The translations under genes were made by a program, and so were the position numbers. Positions 37,844-49,320 of a stretch of DNA of 64,000 nt are shown here, piece after piece. This stretch comes from the human T2T-CHM13v2.0 reference genome, Homo sapiens. Under the pieces are notes generated by a model. The model did not search any database. It had not been told where the DNA came from and worked only from the letters and a program-made list of their open reading frames with translations. Position 1 is the stretch's first letter; every line of letters begins with the position of its first letter. The stretch is from NCBI RefSeq assembly GCF_009914755.1, contig NC_060944.1; one strand, written 5' to 3'.

Positions 37844-40816
37844 GATTTTATTGAAAGCTTTTTCTGTGTCTGTTGAGATGATCCTATGGTTTTTGCTTTT
37901 AATTCTGCTTATGTGGTGAATCATATTTATTGATTTGCATATGTTGAATCCACCTTGCATCCCAGTAATAATGCCTACATGATCATGGTGAATCAACTGT
38001 TTAATGTGCTGCTGAATTTGATTTGCTAGTATTTCATTGAGAATTCTCGTATCTATGTTCATCAGGGATATTGGCCTGAAGTTTTCTTTCATCGTCATGT
38101 CTGCCAGATTTTGGTATCAGGCTGATGCTGACTTCATACAATGAGTTAGGGAAGAGTCCATCCTCCTGGAATTTTTTTTTTTTTAAATAGTTTTAGTAGA
38201 ATTGATACCAGTATTTCTCTTATGTCTGGTAGAATTTGGTTCTGAATCCATCTGGTCCAGGCCTTTTTTTTTGCATTGCTAGGTTCTTTACTACTGATTC
38301 AATTTCAGAGTTCAATATTGATCCATTCAAGGTTTCAATTTCTTTCTGATTCAATCAAGGGAGATTGTATATTTCTAGGAATTTATCCATTTTCTGTATA
38401 TTTTCTAATTTGTGTGCATAGAATTGTTTATAGTATTCTCTGATTATCTTTTTTATTTCTGTGCGATCAATTATAATGCCATCTTTGTCATTTCTGATTG
38501 TACTTATTTGGATCTTTTTTGTTAATCTAGCTAGCAGTCTATCAATCTTATTTTTCAAGAACTAACTCTTGGTTTCATTGATCTTTTGGATGGATTTTTT
38601 GCATTGTTAAAACCCAATATCTCATCATGGTAAAAAACCTCAACAGACTAGGCACTGAAGGAACATATCTTAAAATAATAAGAGCCATCTATGACAAATC
38701 CACAGCCGACATCACACTGAATGGACAAAAGCTGAAACCATTTCCCTCGATAACTGCAACAAATCAAAGATATTCCACTCTCATCACTCCCATTCAACAT
38801 AGTGTTACCAGAGAAATCAGGCAAGAGAAGGAAATAAAAGGCATTGAAATAGAAAAAGAAGAAGTTAAACTGTCTGTCTTTATTGAGAATATGATTCTAT
38901 ACTTAGAAAACCCTAAAGACTTCACCAAGAGGCTGTTAGAACTTACAAATGATTTTAACAAGGTTTCAGGATACAAAATCAGTGTACAAAAATCAGTAGC
39001 ACTTCTATATACCAATAATGTCTGGGCTGAGAGTCAAAGCAAGAACACAATTTCATTTATGATAGCCACAAAGAAAATGAAATACCTAGGAATACAGTTA
39101 ACCAAGAAGGTGAAAGACCTGTGCAAGGAGAACTACAAACCACTGTTGAAAGAAGTCAGAAATGACACAAACAATGGAAAAAATACCATGCTCATTAATT
39201 GGAAGAATCAATATCATTAAAATGGCCATACTGCCCAAAACAATCTACAATTCAATGCTGTTCCTATCAAACTACCAACATCATTCTTCACAGAATTATA
39301 AAAAAACTATTCCAAGAATCATATGGAACCGACAAAGAGCCCAAATAGCCAAAGCAATTCTAAGCAAAAAGGACAAAGTTGGGAGACATCACATTACTCA
39401 ACTTCAAACTATACTGCAAGGCTACAGTAACAAAAATAGCACAGTACTGGTACAAAAACAGACACATAGACCAATGGAACAGAATAGAAAACTCATAAAT
39501 AAAGGTGCACACTTATAACCATCTGATCTTTGATAAAGCCAACAATAACAAGCAATAGGGAAAGGATTCCCTATTCAATAGAGGGTGGTGGGTAGCCATA
39601 TTCAGAAGAATGAAACTAGATCCTTACTTTTCACCATATACAAAATTAACTAAAGATGGATTAAAGATTTAATTGTAAGCCCTCAAACTGTAAAAACTCT
39701 AGAAGAAAATTTAGGAAATACTCTTATTGACATTGACCTTGGCAAAGAATGTATGGCTAAGTCCCCAAAAGCAATTGCCACAAAAACAAAAATTGACAAG
39801 TGGGACAAACTAAAGAGCTTCTGCACAGCAAAAGAAACCATCAACAGAGTAAACAGACAACCTATGGAATGGTAGAAAATACTTACGAACTATGCCTCCA
39901 ACGAAGGTCCAATATCTAGATTCTATAAGAAACTTAAATCAATCAACAAGCAAAAAACAAATAACCCCATTAAACAGTGGGCAAAAGACATGAACAAACA
40001 CTTTTGAAAAGAAGACTTACAACCGGCCAACAAATATGAAAAAAATGCTCATCATCACTAATTATCAGAGATATTCAAATCAAAACCACAATGAAATACC
40101 ATGTCACACCAGTCAGAATGGCTATTATTAAAAAGTCAAAAACAAGAAAAAAAACAAAAAATGAAAACAACAGATGCTGATGAAGCTGCAGAGAAAGCAC
40201 ATATACGCTGTAAGTGGGAATGTAAATTAGTTCAGTCACTGTGGAAAGCAATTTGGGGATTTCCCAAAGAACTTAAAACAGGGCTACCATTTGACCCAGA
40301 AATGCCATTACCAGGTATATAACCAAAGGCATATAGATGATTATATCAGAAAGATGCATGCATTCATATGTTCATCACTATTCTACTCATAATACCAAAG
40401 ACATGGAATAAACATAGGTGCCCATCAATGGTGGACTGAGTAAAGAAAATGTGGTACAGATACCCCATGGAATACTATATAACCATAAAAAAGAATAAAA
40501 TCATGTCCTTTGTGGCAATATGGATAGAGCTGGAGGCCATAATCCTTAGTGAATTAATGGAGGAACAGAAAACCAAATGCTGCATGTTCTCACTCATAAG
40601 TGGGAGCTAAACATTGAGCTCACATGAACATAAACATGAAGAAAATAGACCATGTGGATTACTAGAGTGGGGAGGGACAGAAGGGGTTGTGGGTTGAAAA
40701 ACTACTTATTGAGTACTATGCTTACCACCTGGGTCAAATATACCCATGTGACAATCCTACACATATATCCCCCTGCATCTAAAATGAAAGCTAAAATTTA
40801 AAAAATAAATAAATAA
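37844..40816 (+). mobile_element. 5'-truncated, 5'-inverted primate L1 (L1PA15-17/L1PREC2-like); 37844-38604 antisense, 38608-40816 sense
   Basis: The antisense block encodes [12 protein letters not shown]...[13 protein letters not shown]. The sense block resumes at the next ORF2 residues and runs through the 3'UTR (TCTCACTCATAAGTGGGAGCTAA) to an A-rich tail. Confidence 0.93.
38627..39220 (+). pseudogene. L1 ORF2 reverse-transcriptase fragment (197-aa open stretch, catalytically dead)
   Basis: [11 protein letters not shown]...[10 protein letters not shown]...KVSGYKI...KYLGIQLT; the FADD catalytic motif is degraded to FIEN. Confidence 0.9.
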
Positions 40817-42639
40817 TGCCATCTTGGTACAAGTGTGTTACTTAAGTGTTTAAAAAGCATTTTCCCTTGCACTTTTGAGTGGTTCAAGAAAAACACCATA
40901 TTAAAACGTGTACTTTCCAAAAAAAATAAAGTAGGTAGAGCTGAGAGAATTTCAGATATTTTTCTTTTAGTCTTAGTGGATTCTTATAATTAGGAAAATT
41001 GATATAATGTATCTACTCTGAACACCACTGCTTAAGTAGGGAGACAAGAAAAGACTGGCCAGTTCTAGAAGAGCAGAGTGTCTATACATAGCAAGAAGGA
41101 GGTCTCCTGTGGCAATTCTTTCTCAGTCTTGAACATTTTGTGGTTGTACAAAGAACACAGTTGAAAGCCAAGAGACTGGGTTCTATTGCTGGCTCTGTCA
41201 CCGACCAGAGGCACTGCCAAATATCTGTAAATTAACTGCAGAATTTCTTCCAATTTTACCTTTCTGTGACTTGCTGATCACTTTTTCCTAGCCCTTTCAA
41301 CATCTGTAAAACTATAGAGAACTTGTAAAGCAAGATATCTTTTGCTGCCAGGGTGGTTGGAGAAGCATTTTAGACAATCACGGACTCTCTTTTGGCAGGT
41401 AGATTCAACACAGCAGCTCATAAGACTTGAAACTCATTATCACTGTTTTCTTACACAAAGAGAAAACACAGCTCTTCAGAGTGATGACCTGCAAAAGGAT
41501 TTTAGTTACTTTTGTTTTTAGTTTTTAAAAAATAAAAAAATAAGATGCATTTCTCATCGGCAACACAGGGTGCTAGAGGACAGTGTGGTAATATAGTCAA
41601 AGGGCTAAAGAAAGTAACTGTTAAGCTTGGATTTTACATAGTCTGCCACTCTCACTCAAGGTGACAGTGAAACAGAGTAACATTCATAAAAAATCCAGCA
41701 CCCTTGTTGAACAAACTGAAAGATGAATTCTAGTAAGAAAGATAATACCTTATAGACAAGGAAATAAGATGCATGACACAGTTATAAACACAGAAACTGG
41801 TGAAATATATTGGTAAATCCATTGTACTTAGTAATATGAATGATAATAGTAATAACTGACTTAGTTTGTGCTTAAAGCGAAGTGAACTGTGAAATATCCA
41901 TATACATTTTTTACCTTGCTAGGAGGACAGAGATGTTGATTAACTACAGAGCTTGTTAAAATATGTAAAGCTACCTGTGCATGTTAATGAACAGACTGGC
42001 TGTATAATGCTCAGCTTCCAAACTAGCATAGAGAAAACTAAAGAAATTGTAAAACTGAAGGCATGAAATGAGAACAAATAGGCAAACGAATCTTAGTAAG
42101 TATAAAAACATAAGATAGCTGAAATAAGCCCATATATATTAGTAATTAAAACAAATATAAACAGTTTAAATTCACCTCCTACAAGGTTCTGGATTAATTG
42201 ACTGAATTTGTAAAACCCAAGCTACTTAAGAGACACATTCAAAAAACAACTAAGAAAAATTGAAAAAAGTGAGGCTTAGATATTAACAAGATGGATAATC
42301 ATTTTTAAAGATTCTGAAATATAATTTAATACTAATAATATTAGCATTATTTCTTTACTCCCTGACCTAACATTTTTACTAAATTCTATGTTACAACTAT
42401 ATCTTCTTAAAATATTCTGTTTGAATTTTACATTTTATATATATATATATATACACATACATACATATACATAAACAAAGAGATCTATAATTTTTTGTTT
42501 TGTTTTTCAGAATATATTCACACCTTTCATGTTGCCTCATTCTCTATATCTTCCCATAAAGTAGCAGGTAGAGACCATCTTCAACCTATCTATTTTCAGT
42601 TCTGACACATACAATTCATTTTTAACATTTAAAAAGTAT

Positions 42640-44345
42640 AACCTTATAACAAAAATCTAAATAATTCCCTACTTAAAACCCTTCAATGGTTTTCCATTGC
42701 TTTTAGAACTGAAATTCTCACTCAAATCCTAAAGTTTCTGGATAACTTAGTTCCTTCTTATCTGATCAACTTCTTCAAATGTTGTTTCCACCTCATTCAC
42801 TAATCTCTAGCCATGTGCCATTACCTTTCAATTTCTTGGGCACAGTAGATAAATGCTTTTACACCTAAGGCTTCTGCAGCCATTGTTTTATTAAATTAAA
42901 TGTCAACTCCTTCAAGAAGGCTTCCTTTTCTAATTCTCTGTCTCAGCCACTTGTGTCCTTTGTAGTACTTATGGCAAGTTGAAACTGCCTCATTTGTCTG
43001 TTTCCTTATTTTTTTAACTGCCTCTGCAACTGTGATATGCATCCTGAAGGCAGAGACCAAATAGAATCTATTCATTGCTTAAACTTTGCCCAAAGCCTGA
43101 AGCAAAGTATTCTCTCAAGACTCTCAATAAATATATCTGGAATAAATCAGCAGATAAATAAATAATTGCTTGAGCAGTTTGCTATTTTGCCTGGGTAATA
43201 TTTTTTCTAGTAGACTGAAATAATGTCTCTATATCTCTGACTTTCAAACCATAATATTTAGTCTTGAATTTCCATTCCTGGAACTATACGTTCATATTTC
43301 CAAGTGCATTTCTCATGTATATCTCAAATACTCAAAACTAAATTCAATTTCTCATACCCTATGAATTGTCCTATTACTTCCCTATTTTGGTTAATGATCC
43401 AAGCATTCATCCAAACCCAAGACCTGGAAGTCATCACTCATTCACTCATGTATTCACATATTTATTCATTCATTCATATTTCGTGCAGCAACTATTATGT
43501 GGCTCACACTATGTGAAGAGTAGCATATATAATAGTGAACAAAACAGGCATAACCACGTCCTCACAGTTTGTTCTACCATCTCTCTCAAATTATGTTGAC
43601 TGCTGAAACGTGCATGGTCATTCTACTTTAAGAATGTCTCCTGAACCAGCACCTTTTGAGTGCACCAGCACTTTCTTAAACCAGAACCTAACACACACAC
43701 ACCTTTTCTAGATTAAGCCAACATCACCTCTTATCTGAATCTTTGTAACAGCTTCCGGATTGGTTTCCTTGCCTCTAGTCTCATCTCATTCCAATTCATT
43801 TGTCACACTACTCAGGGCTTTTCCTAAAACATAAATTTAACCACCTCATGGCTCTACAAAATTTCCCTGTCTCACCATCACTTACAAGATAAAGTTCAAA
43901 CTCTGTAGCACGACATGCCATGTCCTTAATGATTCAGCTCTAGCAAATGGCATTCAGCTTCATGAACATGACCTCATGTCTGCATATGCCATTCCCTTAA
44001 CATGGAACCTCCCTTCTGCGCTTCACCATATCAGCCTGGCAAACTCCTTCCATTCTCTCCTTTCTTGTTGAGGTTTCCCTGACTTCTCTGCCCATTGAGG
44101 CAGAAGCAAGAGCTTTTGGAACCATGTTCTCGTAATCCCTTATAGGAAGGAATCCATGCTATCATACTGCATTATGGGAATGTCAAAGATGTTTATATGT
44201 CTGGCTTCCTCACTAGACCATGGACAACTTGCAAGCCAAGAATCTGGCTTATACAAGCTTCTATCTACACCAGCTGGCATAGTGCCTGCAACATGGGAAG
44301 TGTTACTACTAAATCTTTGTGCAACAATTAAATATTGATTAAACA
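42640..44345 (+). mobile_element. L2 LINE fragments (at least two sense pieces plus a short antisense piece ~43430-43570)
   Basis: CTACTTAAAACCCTTCAATGG, CTCAATAAATAT, TTCCTTGCCTCTAGTCTC, GATAAAGTTCAAACTC and GCATAGTGCCTGCAACAT. Confidence 0.75.
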
Positions 44346-44639
44346 AGTGTTGCATTTTCAGTCATTTGCCTGAAATGACGCAGTTATCAGTAGCAGAGCT
44401 GATCCAAACTTCCAAGTTCCCACTCGAATGGTTTTTCACTAAAGCACCACTGTCATGTATCCAATGATTTTCAATTGATCCAGGGTAGAGTAAAGCCACA
44501 GGGCATGCCTTAGGTTGGGGAGATGGGTTAGAATCACCTCAGGTCTTTTTCAACCTAAAATGCTTATCGGCATTCTGATATGTATTTCCTGAAAAAAATT
44601 GCCAGTTGGGTGTCCTATATATTATATGTTGAAGAATGA

Positions 44640-44895
44640 ACAATGCTAGTAGGGAAATAATAGAATGGAAATCAGGCAGGTGTGGATTTAAACATCTATT
44701 CCTTAATTTATCAGCTTTGTCTACAGATGAGGAAACTGAGGCACAGAATGTGTCATTTAACTTCTATGTGCCTCAGTTTCCTCATCTGTAAACATGGTAC
44801 CATATTTGGGAAGTTATAATGAGGATTTTGTCAGCTGACTGACCCTTGGTAAAGGGTGAGAATATTTCCTGGCACATACGAAGTGTTCTAAAATT
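44640..44895 (+). mobile_element. MIR SINE containing an inverted copy of its core
   Basis: Sense core TGTGCCTCAGTTTCCTCATCTGTAAA at 44767; exact reverse complement at 44722-44745. Confidence 0.88.
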
Positions 44896-46039
44896 TAGTT
44901 TCTCTTTCCCCTTTTCCCCCTAGGCTTTGATCAGAAATCCAAGCACACAAAAATGGCTTTTCCATTTGTGTAAGGGGAAGATTATTGCTCTGCTGATGAA
45001 TTGTGTGCATTTCACGCACACTTTAACAGCTCCAGGGCGTCTTCAAATTAGAGCTCCTTATCACTCATTAGCACCATTGCAGGAAGGCCGATAAACCTCA
45101 CCTCTTGCTTAGCTCTCTGACACAGCTGGGGAAACCTCCATTTGCTCTTATCATCTGAATTCTGACCTTAAAGGTTTCACTCTAACCCCAGGGCTTAATT
45201 TATCTTCTGTTAAAAGCAGCAGTTTTCCCTTACATGGAAACTGTCATGCCCCGAGTATGCATAGTGAGACAGAGAAACAGTCCTGTCTGTTTCATCTCAG
45301 ACGCGAGGGAAAAGTCCCTTGCACCCTTCTCTTCTGCGGATAGATGGGCTTTGATTACAGAGGAGCACATTGCAACTTCAGGCTGCTATTGTACACCACA
45401 TACTGTAAAGGTTTAAAAGTTGACAAAATGCCATGAATACCATTGTGTGAATTCAACCTCGTGTTTGTTTTACCTACTGTACATCAGAGTACACTTCCTG
45501 ATAGCTGAGAGTTTGTGTTGTTTTGACTAAATTTGGACAAATATGCATAAAATGTGTATTCAACAGATATTTCATGTAAAAACAAAGAAAGGCTTGTGTC
45601 TTTAGATTGCCCCAGAACCTGAGGGCTACTGAGAATTATAAATAAAGTTGGCTTCACAGGCCTGCAGTCATAAATGACATTTTTTTAAATGATGGAAGGG
45701 GGAGATTTGAGTGGTACAGGAACCTTCCGTTTAATTCCCCTCCTCCCAAATATGTCCAAAATTTAAAGAAAGCTCCTTTAAATATAACTCAGTTGAAAAG
45801 GAGCTTTTGATTCCTGGTTATTGGGGAAGGACCTGTTTAACTATTTATACCATTGCTTTGTTTTCTTAAAATTGATGCAGGAGGAACATGGGTCCAGCCC
45901 TTTTAAAATCCTATGTTTTATCACTCTCCGGTTGATGGGCGCAATCCAGCATGAGGAAATTAGAAACAGCTGGAGTAGACACAATGCTTTCTTTTGAAAA
46001 GACATTTCAAAATTACTAGAGAAAAATAGAGATTGCTCT

Positions 46040-46240
46040 AAAGAGCCTATCTCAAAATGTGGTTTCTGGCTCAACAGCATCAGAATCTCCTAGGAACTTG
46101 TTCGAAATGCAAATTATTGGGCTTCATCCAGCCCTGCTGAATTGGAAATTCTGAAGGTAGGGCCCAGCAATCTGTGTTTTGACAGCTCTTCTATCCCCTA
46201 CCCCAAGGAATTCTGATGCACAAAAGCAAACTAAAAATGA
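46040..46240. mobile_element. MER5A hAT-Charlie MITE
   Basis: CAGCATCAGAATCTCCTAGGAACTTGTTCGAAATGCAAATT...GGGCCCAGCAATCTGTGTTTT. Confidence 0.85.
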
Positions 46241-46839
46241 GACCTAAACCACAGGAAAGAGTAGCAAGAGAAAAGAAATCTTGAAAGGCCAGAGGGCAAG
46301 AGAGGCGTGATTTCAGGACATTTAATGATTCAAAGGAATGATGGAAAGGTGCTAATTGGGTACTTAACATCTATACTTCAACATGCATCTGTTTCTAAAT
46401 CTGAAATTAATGGACAGACTATAAACAGCTTCCAAAGGCAGTGGAAAATACAAACCCAATGAAACAAACCAGAGTCAGGAAAGAGGTTGGCAGCACAATA
46501 ACTGCAACATCAATTGTATTTAGATGTTTTTGTCTATAGTCTATACTACATAATAACTACATAGTCTATATAGTTATTTCAACATCATTAAATAGGATGT
46601 GTGATTAAATAAGTGCATGTAAGTAAATTATTAAAATGCATTAAGAGTATGCTTTTGCATACTTGTAACTTAGAGTAGACAAATCCTCCTGCTGAGAAAA
46701 ACTAGAAACTGAACAAAATTCAGACACCACGTGTTTGAATGCCTCAGAAAGCTGTCTAAGCAATCAGATCCTGGAAAGGAGGGGAGCTCATTGAGAGAAG
46801 CCTGACTTTTGAATCCAAGTTTCCCCTGAAGTTGAACAC

Positions 46840-47455
46840 ACCATATTGCCCAGAAATTCCACTCATATATACATATATATACACAAATACACATAAATAT
46901 CCAAGAGAATGCACAGACACACACACATATCCAACAGAAATGCATGCATGGATATCTATCTATATATATATCCATATCTCCACATATATATCTCTAACAG
47001 AAATGCATACATAAGTACACCAAAAGGCATGGGTAAGAAATTTTCTATTTGCAATAGCCTCAAACTGAAAACTACCCAAACATCCTTGAACAACAGAGAG
47101 GATGAATAAATTGTACTGTATTCATGCATGAGATACTGAGAATGAATTAAATACAGCTACATGCAACAACATGGATGAATCTGATGAATATAACATGACA
47201 TATCTCATTTACACAATTTCAAAATCATACAGTGATAATCCATGGTATTAGAAGTCAAGATAATAGTAACGTTTGATCTTTATGGTAAAAATGGTAAGGA
47301 GAGGGTGAGGGCCTACTGAGTTCTGCTTATGTTCCTGTTGCTGAACCCTGCACTGTGTGTTCCGTTTGTGGAAATTCAGTTAGTTGAATACTTGTGATTT
47401 GGACACTTTTCCTTACATATGTTACAGTTTAACAAGCACTCTTACTTTAGAAAAA
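46840..47455 (+). mobile_element. L1ME 3' fragment
   Basis: CCAGAAATTCCACTC, AATAGCCTCAAACTGAAAACTACCCAAA, CAACAACATGGATGAATC and TTAGAAGTCAAGATA. Confidence 0.7.
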
Positions 47456-48381
47456 TATACTAAGAGGAATTTTTGTTTTCTTGTTTCTCTGACGTCTTTG
47501 GAGTCCATCCATCAGGTGTGTCTATGCCATCCTATGGAGACACCCTGGATTATCTGAAAGTAACTGGAGGCAGGAGAATGTGATCATAGAGAATCTTAGA
47601 TTAGTGGGTAGACAGGCCTATGAATTGCTGTGTGGCTTTGGAAAGCTCTTTAACCCAAGTCACATTTTCCTCATCCTTGCATTGGAGTTGATCGTTAAAA
47701 GAGCATCTAACTCATAGGATTTAGTGAGGATTAAATAGGAGAGTTCATCTAAAGCACTGATGGTGGCAGGCAGTGGGTGGGGGTGGCCTAATGGCTAAGA
47801 ATAAAGGCTGGGTATCTAAGATAATTGACAAGGGCCTTTCTTTTTTTTTTTATGGTTAATGTACCATTCTTTATGAGAATGTGCTAGCATAATGATAGAG
47901 GGCTGAAGCATGTAATCTATAATTAATACAAAGTGAACTGTCATGGGGGATGGGGAGGGAAATGGGCCTTTCTGCAGAAATGTAAGTGCGGTCATGGAAA
48001 CGGCTATAGCTCCTTGATTGTAATTATTCAACCTCACTAGAGGTCTGCAACTAGCTATTAAAGTGCTAGTGGTCCCGACAAGGGCCTTTCTAAGAACACT
48101 GTCTTTGCAACTGTACCCCTTTTGAATAATATAAATATCATGGTTACTCACTTGGCAGAGTGGACATCCCTAAGAAATTCAATCAGACATTTTGAGGTTG
48201 GTGAGAGAGGGAGAGTTGACGGAGTTGGAGGAAGAAGAAGTCGTGACACCATGACTGAGAACTCTGTCTGATGACCCAGGGTCATAAAATTTATCATTAT
48301 AAATGACAAATAAAATAAATGATAATTAATCAATAAAAAATGACACATGATAAATAAATAAATAAATAATAAAATTACCAT

Positions 48382-48725
48382 CTGTGCAGGGCAGGCTGAA
48401 AATGCTGAGAAGGTAAAACTCTCTAGGAGAATCCTTCAGCCAGTGACTGATGGGAGTTGGTGGATACTCAACTCCCTTGCCTCTTGAGCCAGATGACTGA
48501 AACGTATGCTCTATACTGTCCCCCAGAGATGCCCAGTTGAACTGGGCTCCAGTTACCCACAGTGGTAATTTGCTTAACAGCATACCTTCTGTTGACTGCT
48601 TTCCCTTACCTGTATCATTTTTCCTTTCTTTTCCCAGTGTTTTGTGAGAGCATCTTCCAAATAAATTACTTGTACTCACATTCTTGTCTCGTGACCAGTT
48701 TCTGGGAGAATCTAAACTTAAGACA
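48382..48725 (+). mobile_element. LTR33-like (ERVL) LTR
   Basis: CAGCCAGTGACTGATGGGAGTTGGTGGATA...CTCCAGTTACCCACAGTGGTAATTTGC...TTCCAAATAAATTACTTG...TTCTGGGAGAATCTAAACTTAAGACA. Confidence 0.78.
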
Positions 48726-49046
48726 GTCTGCATTGCACAACTTATGGCGTAGGCTTAGTTGCTTTCTCTGAGACCTTCGGGCAGCTAGCACCACTGTGGC
48801 TGCCTCCTTTGGAATTGTCACCTCTACCACGCTGCCGAAGTGCCTGAGACCTACTGCTCTGAAAAAGACTTTGTTTGTCACTGCCCAAGCCCACTGTGAA
48901 GCCCCTTCCCCTCCCTTGAGCCAGGTGTCAGGATGGCCCTCCTATCCTGTCCCTCTGTTACCTAGGCAGTGGCCTCATCACTTTATTCATAAAGTTAGAC
49001 TTCCTCACTCTGTATCTGCGTATTCTTATTGCTTTCTCTTTTCCAG

Positions 49047-49320
49047 AGACTCCGTTTTGGTCAACAATTAGCCCTTCCACATTTGGATCCTGGGCCACAT
49101 GTGGAAATAAAGAGTTCCAGAAGAATTCTCCCATGAAGGCATTGGAATGCTTCAATACATAGTTTTGTGCCAAATCTACAATAATCTTCCCAAAAGAAAG
49201 ACTCTTCAGTGTTCTGGATTTTTCGGGACTTATCTTATTTTCTTGTGCAACATCTTAACACAAACTAGAATAAAGATGACATATAATCATCTGCATTCAT
49301 GAATAAAAAGAATGATCTAA
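49047..49320 (+). other. Candidate 3'-terminal exon of an unidentified plus-strand transcript
   Basis: Branch-like CTCAC (49004-49008), AG-free pyrimidine tract, CAG at 49044-49046, then AATAAA at 49106, 49269 and 49302. Confidence 0.5.

Noticed and set aside
38627-39518. RT-like ORFs as an active or novel retro-element system
   Set aside because: Ordinary L1 ORF2 remnants with frameshifts and a destroyed FADD motif.
42490-42575. T-rich acceptor (ends 42510) with CAG|GTAGAG donor, and a similar pair at 44923/44970
   Set aside because: Weak donors and low-complexity pyrimidine tracts; such pseudo-exons are common.
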